Assembly: GCF_000150275.1 (NCBI RefSeq)
Contig: NW_002060949.1
Span: 271,861-335,860 of the forward strand
Direction: 5' to 3'
DNA length: 64,000 nt
DNA from: Trichoplax adhaerens
Lineage: Eukaryota; Animalia; Placozoa
The notes beneath the pieces are model-generated. The model was not told the origin of the DNA. It saw only the letters and a program-made list of their open reading frames with translations, and did not search any database. Shown one piece after another: positions 14,601 to 28,000 of the stretch (position 1 is the stretch's first letter; the number at the start of each line of letters is the position of its first letter). A program made the position numbers and the translations under genes.

Positions 14601-16732
14601 AAGTATCTATACAATTTTCGTTCAAAGATACTATTACTTTACATTGATCCATACTTTCGAAAATTGCACAAAACAAGGTATGTAATAGCTATAACTTACT
14701 CGCTTGATCATCGCTGTTTTTAGCTATGGTTGTCGAACGTTGAGACTGTTTCGTTGGCAGTAATGCAGTAGTTGTAGTAGTAGCGGTTTTAATGCTTGTT
14801 GCTTTAATGTTTTGTTTTTCTACAGTGGATATTTGCCATTGATGTTGATATTTAATCTCTAAAATGTGATGTAGCTATGAGCTGAAATATTCACAATACC
14901 TATCGGATTAATTGGAGTAGTTTCCTTGTTAGAAGTTGATACATTGATAAAAACTTCTTGACTTGCTGACTTTCCCCATCCCGCACTTGTTTTAGCAGCT
15001 AGTTTTATCGTATACTTGCCACTTTTACCTGTAATCATACGATATGATCAGGATGCTATTTGTAAGTTAGCGTAAATGTTTAGCATCAATGCTACCTTAC
15101 CAAATTCAAATATTCCCTGTTAAAGAATTAGACATTCACAACTATCGTGTGCAGTACGTGTTATACTTACCTAGACTTGAAAAGTAATGGAACTTAAAAT
15201 CTGGCGGCAAGTGGTAAACATTTCCTGTATTGTTGTACAGGATGGAAATTTGATATTTTGTTACGGTATCTACATGAACATTTTTAGGCGATTGCCAGCG
15301 GACAATAATACTTGATTGGCCATATACTTCTAGTGTCATATTGGGTTTACCTGGAACTATAACGATTAATACTTTTACTACTGGGATGTTAGAGAATAGA
15401 ATTTACAAGATTTCGCATATTAAATTCCATGTTTAACGTACTCAAACTTGCTGTGGTACCCACAATTGTTAAGCGTGGATTATCAGCAGTTGCATTTAAT
15501 GATGTTACGTGAATCAGATAGCTGGAACTTGCTTTTAAATTGGAAATAAGGTATTTCTAAAAAATTTTAAAATTCGTCGAAATGAATATTTTTTTTCAAT
15601 TTCATTATTATTGTATAGCTTCTTGATGAAAATAAGAACAGCTAATGCTTTACTTAGTTATACTTTAGAGCTGCTACTTTATGAGATAATCTTTGTTCTA
15701 CCTGGATTTTCTTTACTTTAACTTCTCCTATTTTCATTAAATTTGAGACTAAATACCATTCAATTCTGTAAATAGATTGCTTGCTTGTTGATGGATTATT
15801 AAAAAACTTCCATCTAATTTCCATAGATGTTCTATTTTTGAATGATATCCTAATATTTTTCATGTTTTGGGTTCGTTCTGTAATGATTTTCATACATTTC
15901 GTATACAGTTAGGCATTATATAATGCAATTTGACAGCAACTGCATGGCATGCAGTACGAAGTGAAAACAACAATACAGAGCGGTTAGTAGGACAATTAGT
16001 CCATCTATTCATACCTTGAGATGGCATTTTAGTAGTCACCTTAACCGTTAGTTTACGACGAAGTGCAAAATCGTAGGCTATTACCGAAATAGTATATTTG
16101 GTGCGGGGCTTGAGACTAGTGACAACATAGCTTCTCTTGGATCCCGGCAACACTGTATTTCTAGCAGACGACGAATGTGATTGGCGAATCATAATTATAA
16201 ATTTTGCAATTTTGTACTTTGCTTCTTTAGTTATATTTAACCGCCATTCTAAGATAACTGTCGTTGAATTGATAATTTTAGTTTCCGTTATTTTCAACAT
16301 TGCCCCTGTCATTACAGAAATCATTATTATCATTAGTGATTAAAGTTGTGTTGGCTGTAAGTATATAACACCAGACGTTAATACATCTGTCCAACATAAA
16401 AATTTCAATAACATCTTTGAAATTAGCTAAAATCGTCATAAGAAGACATTTTTTATGTACTGTTTATGTAGATAAAATATATAACCATAAAGTTTAATAA
16501 TATAACTCTATTTCAATTTTGTCTTTACGGCTACACGTATATGGAATTCAAATATACTGTATGAATTTCAGTAGTCCAAATGAATTAAATTTTTACAGGT
16601 ACTTTTCACTTAAACATTACTTAGAAATATTCATATCAAAATTTATTCCTCACCTTTTCTAATATCGATATCGTTGGGCACCACCATAACGAATAAGCAC
16701 GACAACAGAGTTAAAAGTAGGTATCGATTCAT
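11645..16732 (-). CDS. Phosphatase-less LAR-like type-I membrane protein (signal peptide, FN3 x3, S/T linker, FN3, LAR membrane-proximal domain, TM, ~207-aa cytoplasmic tail); ~879 aa, 18 exons
   Basis: Exons 16654-16732 (MNRYLLLTLLSCLFVMVV...), 16015-16305, 15702-15877, 15442-15556, 15171-15356, 14900-15028, 14700-14858, 14469-14575, 14169-14367, 13945-14062, 13522-13816 (AYVTARFSPQELPINFTIGD...YNRPL, RPTP juxtamembrane-domain motif), 13328-13370, 13080-13197 (TM VIISLPIIIIAGSALLTVVLIVLVAVIV), 12804-12898, 12547-12686, 12243-12401, 11939-12041, 11645-11772 (ends ...SSFWI*). All introns are GT-AG and phase-compatible; total 2640 nt. Confidence 0.8.
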
Positions 16733-19700
16733 ATTCTTATTGCGATTCAAAATCCGTGTTTATAATTTAAGCGACAGTGACTTTCTCTTTGGATACTAGC
16801 AATTAAAGTACGTTGAGTTATCTCAAATACTACTAACACATCAGCAATTGTGTATTCTAGACTAAGCCAAATCAGATAAATAAGGCAATAACATAAGTAT
16901 TTCTAGCCTGGTCTAGAGCGCTGCTAGATTGCTATCAGTGATAACAAATAACAGTTAGATTAATTACAGATACAACTGTGTCATAATACTTAAAGAATGA
17001 TGCGTTGGTAAGTCGTTTGATCGTTTAAATGGTAACTCCTGGCAGAAATTCATTTCAAGTTTAAAATATAAATTATTTCAAACTATTGTTTAAAAGAATT
17101 TTGTAAGTCTATTCATTGTTATAGTTAGGACAAGCTCCTCCCCACAGTCCATGCCAGCACTTAGCGAATAAAGAGTTATCTTGTTCTTTCCCATCTATAT
17201 TATTTAGGAATGCTTGAATATTTGTTATGAAACATTTTAATTGCATTTATTCAACATTATAGATGATACATTATTATTACTGAAAGGATACAACTATAAA
17301 AATATTTGCTATGCATTACGATTTGGCAATAAAGTAATACTAGCTCACATGTATAACTTTGTCCCTAAGTGAGGATTGTAAAATTTAATATTCTATATTA
17401 CAATTTATTTTCCTTCGATTATAATTATAATTTATTTTGAAAATTTGCCATTTCATTTCTCAGCCTAATCAGTACTGAGAAACTGACTTCTTAAATTCAC
17501 ATCGAGAGCTATCGGTAACACTCTCTCATCGCATCTACTGAAGCAACACGTATGAAATTGCTCTTTCCTTTTGGTTATAATTCTCAACCGGATCTGCTTA
17601 GAATACGAATATTTTCAATTTATATTACAACAGCCCACTGATAAATAATTTAAAGTTTTGCGTAAGCGTTCCAAATAATTTATTAATACAGTGAAAAATG
17701 ATTCTGAAGATAGCGATGAATGCCGCATGTTGATTACATTTTATGGTCAATTTCTGTGGTAAAAATTTGTATTGGAACTATATGATTCCTTTGTTGAACT
17801 TTAAGATTTCAACAGGTGGTAATATCATTTCCCAGTAATTAAGCTTAATGCCTTCAAATCCGATGCCATTGTAATGTAAATAAAGGACAAACAATAAAAG
17901 TAAAGGAATTAGGCTTGGCATCACCAAGGTAACAAATTATAAGATTTAAATATTAAGCGTCTACATCTGCGTTTAATTAGATCTTTTCTCACGAGTCACG
18001 CACGACAAGAATGCTTGGCACTATCTAAATTATCATGACATTATTGTTGTCACAGGGAGCACACTGATAAAATTTTAGTCTTGTTTATGTTATAAGTGGC
18101 AGTATTAGCTAGCTAGCCTAGGCTACACTATTTTATTGCATTAAGAAATACATCGATAACTATTTTTTTTAAAGCATAATCACGGTAGTAGGCTGTAACT
18201 AAATTCCACAGTGAAGCATTAACTTCGGCAGCATTTTACTATATGCACACCTCTTACTAGATCAAAGACATCTCTACGACGATACGTATAGATTATCTTG
18301 TATTCAAATACTATCTACATTTCTTCTAATCGAGCACAAATATTTGTATTCCATTAAAGAAACTATAAGTCATAAACTAATAGGATTAAGCCAAGGTAGC
18401 TGAATATGGGCAAGATCTCTTTTAAAGAGAAGGATAGTTCAGTAAAAGAATAACTGTACTGTACGGTCTGTGTCTGTACCGTGGTCGATTCTTCAATTCG
18501 TCCTCAAAGCGTTATCGTTAATTATTAATAACAACGTATTTTGTATTTTGTATAGTAAAAGAGTTCATCGAATAATTTATGAATCGGTTGATTAGCTAGG
18601 TATTTTTACTAATCAGTAAGATGAATTTGTGTAATAATGTATACTCTTACTTTAGTGGAGATCAATCATGTCTATCTTCATATTCATATGCTACCATGCT
18701 AAGACAAGACATGAATAATTGACATACACTTGAGGTTGAAACATGCGCCTAAAAATGGCGCAAACTTTTGTTTTACTACACATGCTCATTAGCTTAACAG
18801 CTGGATGTCTTATTAAAACTACTACCGTAAAATTTCCTAAAATGAATACAGTAGCCTGCAGATTAATTCGTTTACTAGTACCGTACGTATATATTAAAAT
18901 GGTTGGAGATTTTCAGATGGTAAAAATTACTGGCTTTACGGTAACATTCTGTTACGTCCCTCCCAGAAAAATACTGGCAATTGCATGTGATAATAGCCAT
19001 AACAAGTCATTGCTATTAATCGTGAATTTTAACTTTAACTTTATGTCAGGGTTATGGGTCAGTTAGAAATAGCTAGCTTTACTTAAAATATAAATCTTGC
19101 CAGCTTTGAAACGTTAGCAATTAAGGTTACACGATAAATATCTAAAAACATTCTGCACATGAATGTGCCCTAATATAGTACATTGATAAATAATATTGTC
19201 CTCAACTTTATTCTGAAGAATGTACGCGTAAGGGTGATAAAAATAGTTTAAAATATTGCTCTACTAAGTACAGTACCATTGCGATGTGAGGGTAAATGTA
19301 GGATGGTATATCTAATGTGATCGAAGGCCAGGTATGTCGGTTTAAATTCATCCATGCTTTGTTATAATATTATAAATTTAATTGTTAATGAATATGCAAT
19401 ATTAGAATTCAGGACAGCATCTATACTTCGTATTGTAATTACGGAGCTTATTCCATTTAATTTTAAATTAGCACGTTGCAATTTTATGCACTAATAGATC
19501 TTGAAGGGAAGCAAAAGCTTTATTATTAGCAAAGTTTCATGATTTTAAAGCGTTGAATTAAAAGGTATACAGATCAGTCAAATGTTGTGTATTATATTAT
19601 CAAGAGTTTTATCAAGTTATACTAACAAATGTACAAGAATATGCGCTTCACTTATTAAAAAATTTATTGAACGACTAACGTACCGAATATTGCGATCTGT

Positions 19701-22013
19701 ATTTACATTGAATTCTTTAATAAATTGCTTTAAAGTGCTAATTAGCTTGGATTTCCGAGAGTACTAAATTATAGTAATCATGGTTTAGCTTTAAATTTTA
19801 TCTTCTACAGCACTTATAGTATAACTACAAAAGTCCACTAAGATCGACCAACAATCTTAAAGCAGATCTTATATAAGTAAAATATACTAGGTTCTGTTAT
19901 CAACCAAATAAATTATTTTTCTAAAGCTACAGTAAAAATAGAATTACTGAACCAATACAGCTTACATGAATTGAAGTTTGTGAAATATATAATTGAGATT
20001 GCGGCATTTATTATTTACTGATTGACTAGAATTTAACGGCACATCATTTTGATGCAAACAATAATTAGTTACGTTTTAAGATGTTTTGATATAGGCTATT
20101 ATTGCAGTAATTTTCAAGTTTAACTGTAAAGTTAATTTGTCACTTTAAACATATTAAGTATTTTAGATTATTATATCAAATTACATGACTGATATAATTG
20201 CGTAAAGTTAACTTGTATTTATACTGGACTTCTGAAATGCTCGTATTCAGACATAATTAAATCATTAAATCTATGGCCACAACTGTGGCCATACCTGAAT
20301 CATAGACCTCAATACTCAGCTATCCGTATCTAAAAGTCTATAACTGAGCCCTACACGTAAACTATACACGCTCGGTATTTTAATCAAGTAATCAATTTGA
20401 ATTATATATTATGCCGATAAGAAGCGAATTATATGCAGCATCCAACTAGTGATTACGTAATTATAAATTGTCTAAATCAATAATTATACGAAAATTTTAA
20501 AGCTAAAAATGATTTACAGGCTCATTAATTGTAGATGACGTAATGATTTGTCGAAATACGCAGGATATTTTATAGGCCGAAGGCATAAAGATGATTGTAT
20601 TTGCCATTGACTTAACATAAAGGTAGATAATTTTGCATGGTTAACGAAATGATATTCTCCTATGTAAATTAGCGTTGAATCACTGGCTAAAAAGTTTAAA
20701 AGGCTTGACCGGATTCTAACCTAATAATTGAAATTCACCGAGCTATTTTTAACTACGATTAATTAGTAATTAATGAAAGGCAAGCATTCTATATGAGTTT
20801 CCAAACGTTGTGCGAATACTGTACGTGGCCTTGGTCGTGATTAACAGGGTAAAAATTATAATAATGCAACGGTATTTTGTAGAACATATCTTGAATAGGC
20901 GTACATCTCTAATCAATTTTGGAAATTCATGCTTATTGTGATGGAGAGTTCGAAGAGTCTGCGGACGGGGACTTCTTAAGCATTTCACAATAATGATGCG
21001 AGGGGCTATTAAAAAAAGAGATATTTATTGTAGAGAATAACTAGGTACAGAGTAGTAGTTGCTGGTAGATCAGAGTGTAAGCTGTTGTGAAGTAACGTGT
21101 GTAGATACTAACACTAACAAGTGCGACTGACAAATCTGAGGTAGAAATGGTCAGTATTTATAATTTTAGAGAGAGAGAACACATGCAGAGAACAATTTTG
21201 TAAAATTAGATACATTATATACCATAAACAGGCTATATAATAGTAAATGATTGTAGCAAAAAGCGAAGACTGTAGGTGCCATAAATAACTAAACATGACA
21301 AGCTATATTTGAGCATAGTTGAAATAGACTGTAGAGGTATTTATGTTCAGAACATAATAAAATGTCTATATTTAAAAATATATCTAAAACTACAGTAAAA
21401 CTAAATACATAACCCTAATTCTTGCAGTTGGCTTAACGAAATCACGGGTAGATGGCTACCAGCTTTTGCTTAGTGCTATAAATTTCTGTTTATAGAATTA
21501 TGGCCCTAGCAAATAAAAATTACGTTGCTAAAATAAAATTTGAAGATGTAAACGAGCCCGAGTGCGTTGATTCTACGGAATCTCTAAACTAATTATCAAT
21601 CATTAAATTATCAAACACACAATTCCATAGTATACTCGTACAGCCGAACGCATCATATTTTTGCCTCACACTAACATTTTAAAGTGATTTTTATGTAGTT
21701 CTACAATTTCTTGATTGAATGGCTCTTACGTCAACAACAAAAACTTTTTAAATAATTCTAAAATTGATTATTTATTTTACCTAAGTAAAAACCCATCAAC
21801 AAATAGTTATATAGTCTAGTTTCATCATGGTAGAGTATTTTGACGTATATAAGATACACAACTCTTGATGACTCATAGTTTTCTGTATTTTGAATATTGC
21901 CTAAATCGTATCTACTAACTTCTTCAGTAACATTTTAGTGTGAAATTAGCGAAAAAACCTAGTACTTATGTTTACTTCATTGAAAAACCTACCACATTGC
22001 CGTATTTGGTGAA
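16733..22013. promoter_or_regulatory. Divergent intergenic region between the phosphatase-less LAR paralog (-) and the EGF/SRCR receptor (+)
   Basis: Inferred only from the head-to-head orientation of the two gene models; no specific sites are identified. Confidence 0.35.
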
Positions 22014-25000
22014 ATGAATTCATTTCTTTCGTATTTGCTGCTATTGCTAACTGTAAGAGATGAGAATAATATTTTTCTGATCCTGTTGTAGTGATGCTAC
22101 CTGTAAAATAGAAATAACTTTCAAAGTTTGAATGCGATTTTTAGTGCTAGTCAAAAATTTCACTCTAGCAAAGCTATAATGTAATGACTAAAGTAGTAAA
22201 AAAATCTAATCTATTTAATCCGTAAATCATTTTAAACTCTTCCTGTTACTTTAGAGTATCATAGCCGTTTGATATGATTGAGAACACTTCAGAAAAAGTT
22301 ATATTAGTTTCTGATCTAATTTTACTGTAATATTGGGAATTATGATAATCGTTGTACAGTAATGAATTTAAATAGCAAAATGTTTGTTAGTTTAGAAAGA
22401 AATACATGAACAGAAATTTTTGATTGTTAACTTGTTAAAAATTCTCATTAGAAGCGATTAACTTTAATTTTTGAAAAATTTTTATTCTGTCAGCAAATGT
22501 AACTAGCAAAGGATCACTTACAAAATATAGTAACAGTTGCAGTAAATGCCGCTAGTTTAATGATTGCAGATGAAGTGCTCCTGTTAGTTACTAATTTAAT
22601 ACTTTGTTTCTTCAACAATTCTGATTATATAATTACTATACCTATGTTATAATTGATAATAGATAATAAATATATTAGGGGCTCTAAATGAACAATTTAA
22701 AAATGGTAAGTCGTTCAGTTCTACGGTTTCTGCTATAAATTTGTAAGGATTTTTCAGGTCCGAATAGCTAACTGCATGTGAAAGTGAAGATTTAAGCATG
22801 ATATTTAGTACTATAGCAAATTGATTCGTTCCTTTAATATACTTGATTACTATCCTACGCAGTTACAAGCATCATTATAGAAACTTTCTTTTCGCATTTT
22901 AGGCGATCTAAAAGTATGTCAACGTAATAGATGCGATGCTGGATTGTGTTATTTAAAAGGTCGTACTGAGATATGTGTATGCTACGATGGATATTTCGGA
23001 GATCGATGTCAGCATGGTAAGTGAAATAGATTTAAGCTTAAACTATTGTAAATTTCTTGTTCGGCAAGTGTAGCTAGATGTTTCTGATAACTTACCATTA
23101 AATCTGTTATTTATTGCATAAACTCTCTAGCGGTTCCTTATCCATTAAATCCTTGCCACAGTAATCCATGCCATTATGGGAAATGTATTTCATATCGCTT
23201 TCGTGATACTCTACTAAACAAGCTTGTATCATCTTATTTATGCCAATGCAATGAAACTACGATCAATTCTGAATGTCACAATGGTAAATTACTATACTTT
23301 CACCGTGGCTGTTTCTATACTTATTCAAATCTTATTGCTGGCAAATGATATTGTCTACGGGTACACAGAAAGAAGAGTTTAAAGTCCTACCTAAACTAGA
23401 TTTAATAATCAGACACATCCACAATGTTGTTTTTAGGAAATAGAGGGATGCAGCTATCACGAATTAATATGATCATAGCTGAAGAGCACTAAGTACCGTA
23501 ATGGCTGCAGCAACTCAGATATGATCAGTAATTAATTGGGTTTTGTACTTATGGAATAGAAGTTACTTGTTGAGTGCAACTATAAGGCTGAACATACTGC
23601 AATATATCTGGTACATCATAGCAGTAAAGAGTAGTAGCAAATAATTGTAGTCGTTTATAAAGTACAGTACCCCTTTTAATACTGATTATAATTATCGATT
23701 TTCGCATGAAAGCAGTTTTTGCGAATTCGGTATGTTACTTACCTACAATTGATCACACCCCTATTATTAAATCAGGGATTTTTGTCGGAAGTCCTTGATC
23801 AAATATTATTTGGTTTAAATAATAGATCAAAAGCAAACGATTTTGTACTGTTAATAATAACTACAGTAGCCGCTGATAACATAATTAATACTAATTTAAA
23901 ACCTTTAGTACAAATTTAAATTCTAGGTTAATCAGCTAAGAATCTTTCATAATAGATACGATTCTTTAAAATATTAATATTCTAGCTGTCCGATCCTACC
24001 GTCACGTATAATTATATTCGTATATGCAATAATCACAATTTCTTAAAAACTTATCTTAATCTTGAAGATAGTGTTAAATTTAGAAGTTCGACATATCTAT
24101 TTTTTTCGTGAGATATTTAATACACTGGCAGATTGCTAAAGCTTCGTATTTTATTTCATGGTCATAGTTACTCGCTGCTTCCAACCCTGTGCAAGTAACC
24201 CTTGTGTAAATGGTATTTGCACGGTTAGTAATAATAAAAATGGCTTTAATTGCCTTTGTAAGAGTCGATGGACGGGTAAAGCTTGCGAAATTGAAGGTAA
24301 ATGACATAGAAAATTTTTTTTAATTTCTTGGTTTACTAAGAGCGACTGTTCTAGTAAATCTGAAAGTATTACAGGAAAGTAGTTTCTAGACTAGGTTTGA
24401 TAAACAAAATGTATAGAATAATGATTTAATTTATCCTGCCTATCTCTTTCAGGCAATGAGTAGATTTAGACTGTTCACTACTATACTAGATACTAGTCAT
24501 TGTAAGATTACATATCAAATGGAAAGGGATTGTGCAATTTTAATTATACATTAATTTGTGAAGATATATAATACGATAGTAATTGCATAATTCAGTCCTT
24601 TATATCGTAAATGAATGTTAACAAAATAACTAGATATCTGAAAAATCTTCTGAATACAATACTTCAGAACTCACTACTTTATAGAATAAATAAATTTACT
24701 TATAACAGAAAAAATAAAATCGTAAATTACTTATGTCACTGGACCGTTGAGAAAATTGGTCTCCTACAAACGACGTTCTTGAAGATACGATCTTCAGTAA
24801 TTGATAGGGATTGTATTCTAAAAGAAGTATTAAAGGGACCTTTTACTACTTAGGCACATTTATAAATGATAATGCATAGATTTTCGTAATACAGGTATCT
24901 AAGGATCGAAAGGCGTGCTCTTTACTCTAGCTATAATTGTAATTTTGCACGTTGAAGTTTCTTTGCAAATGACAATGCCGATAATATAAAGAAAACAAAC

Positions 25001-28000
25001 TACTTTAGGCGAGTGTATGGTCAGTTACCAAGTTAAAGTATTATACAAGTATGCGAAGTATCACGAGCAGAGTGTTCGATCAGTAAATATGATTTAGAGA
25101 TAGATAATGCAGATTTTGCCTCATTATATAGTATAGCTTACAATTTAAATCAAATAAGCTAGACTACAGATAATTGCATTTATTAAATTGTAATTTGAAG
25201 ATTCGAAAAGTAAATTAGATTATTTATTGCTATAAAATTTAAACTGTTCAACCGTTTTGTGGCGTTGTACTTATTTACTTATAAATGACAATATCCGTCA
25301 TAGGATAATTTACAAGACTATCCTAATTTTATTAGTAAAGAATCCTTGTGCTTCCAATCCTTGCTTATACAATGGGATATGCTCAGTTAGAAATGAATCA
25401 ACGGATTATGTTTGCTCTTGCAGAAATTCTTATACTGGACGAAATTGCGATACAGGTGGTAACTCTTTCTTTAATACCAGATCTAAGCAGATCATGATGT
25501 AATTAATTTAGTTTAGATTAATACTCGGACAATTGTAATCTAGAATAGCGTCATGCAATGGTAAATTTAATATTAATCGTTATTTCCTTTTTAACAGAAG
25601 TAACTTGGGCAGGATGCTTATCGAACCCATGTCCAAACAATGCTACTTGCGTATTAAGTAATTATGCCTATTCGTGCATATGCCCTCCTTTATACTACGG
25701 CAATAATTGCCAGCATGGTAATAAGTGCATTAACCTACTTAATGTATAAGAATTATTAGCTCAAACAAATATTTGCGTAGCTGCAAGAAAAGATGCAATC
25801 GACATTCTGTTGGAGGCTTTATACTACGTCATTTAAAATAAATTTCATAGTGTTGCTGCTTAAGTTAACGTTTCTAAATTAAATCTATGCTTAGGTCCCG
25901 TTAAAACTGGAGAAATTCAGTTATCAGGAATATATCATGGCATCCCTCTGGTTTATTTTAATAATACTTGGGGCTCGATCTGTTTAGAAACAAAATTTCA
26001 TCTGGATAAATTCTTTATTTCCAATGTGATATGCATGCAGCTTGGTTACAGAGGAGCTATCACATCGTTTCACTCTTCCCCAAATTTCGACATATCGCCA
26101 ATTTTACTTGTTTACCGCTGTTTTCAGAAATCTATGTCCATTGGTCAATGTAATACAAGAGATTTTGGAGACGTTTCTTCATGCTTACCATCAGACACAC
26201 TGAATATTATTTGCGATCGTAGTAGGACACAAAAAAATGCAACTTACTAACATATAATTTAATAAACCTTTATGGCTTTAATTTCTACAGTAGTATAACT
26301 TATCATGAGAGACTAAACAACTGTTTTTTATCTTAAATAGGGGACATAAACTGCAAAGAATCAGATCAACGTATCTGCAGCTTGACAAATCACAAATGTC
26401 GAAAAGATGTGCGCGGTGTAACTTGTATTTGTGCACAGGATTATACAGGGAAATTATGTGAAGTTAAAATAGGTAAAGTTAAACTTTAACCTGTAAGCAG
26501 TATCTGGGTTTGCTTTCATTTAAACGCATCTCTTTCTGTATATGATCTTATACGTTTGTTGTGAAACTGTACCACATAATCCCTATAAAACTAAATTTAA
26601 TTCTTTTACACTAATAGTGTGATTGTTGAAAGCTAAATCTAGTTTAAAGATTGCGTAAATTTGTTATTTAAACAGGATGCAATCTGGGATAGATTTATAA
26701 ATTCCTTTTAACTTTCTATCTTGTTACTCTGTATTTTCGTCGCGTGCTTAGCTATAGCTCACCATTGCTAGCTTACAACTTACTGTAAAATAAATATTTA
26801 ATACTAGTTTTAAATACATCATATGCTTATATGTCTATTATAATTAAAGTTGAACCAGCCGAAGGAGCTATTCGATTGAAAGATGAGAATGCAGGTTCTA
26901 ACTTTAAAACAGTGGAGATTTATCACCATGGATTTTGGGGTGGCATCTATGCCAATACAACCAATTTGCCCGAAGCTACCGTTATATGCAGACAACTAGG
27001 CTACAAATTTGTTACTTGGTATTCATGTTGTCCAACTAATTGTAACATGAAAATATGGGTTAATGGATTGCATTGCTTGGGAAATGAAAGCAAGTTAGCC
27101 GACTGCCAAGTAAAATATGGAGCAAGCAAATCTGTAGATAGCCGATTTCTACTAAAAATAAATTGTCAAGGTGTGATTTTACAATTACACTTTAAAAATT
27201 TTCGCTGAGCGAAATGTAATGTAATTAATAATACTGGAAATCAAGTATAAACTGTAAAATTAGTTTATTACAAATGCTATCTATCTATGCATGTTACTAA
27301 ATACACCTACTGTATTCATTTATGAGATGAAGAAGTAATATATATATTTATTTTTTAGCGATGTGAGTTCATGTAGGTAACTACGTAATTCACTACTGTG
27401 TAGTTTATGTACTTTCAGTAGGGTTTATTTACTTGTCACAAATAGAGCCTAATAATATGAGAGGATTACTATTACTTAATTCAAAAATCGCCGCTGTAAA
27501 TTTATTCGTCTTCTGCTCATCCTAACTATTTCAGAAGTATTTATTGCTGCGGTATGATTGCAAAGCGATACTGCATAAATTATATCTCAGATCGAGTTTC
27601 CATAGGGCAGTGAGATTATTATAAGTATACTTCTATCATCTACCTATCGCGTTGTTGTCAGATAGTAATTTGTTACCCTTCGAGAGGTAAAATTAACTGG
27701 CATCCATTGAATTAATCTAACTAGGCTCAAGTTGAAAAATAAAAAGTGATTAAAGTGATGTTTTTAATTTTATTCTTTAGATAATATTTGTCACAAGGCC
27801 TGTGCAAATGGAACATGTATAAAGTCATCCATAAAAATCGGCAATATTAATTTTCAAAAGCCAGAGTGCCAGTGCTTCCCAGGTTACTTTGGAAATCGCT
27901 GCCAATTTTTTAATCACTGCCAGAATTTACCGTGCTCAAATAATGGAACTTGTGAAGTTGTCGGGTTTGAATATAGATGCCATTGCAGGCCAGAGTATTA

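Noticed and set aside
18743-19066. 107-aa ORF with hydrophobic N-terminus as first exon of the SRCR receptor
   Set aside because: No convincing phase-compatible donor and no recognisable domain; the 22014 microexon model fits better. Not fully excluded.
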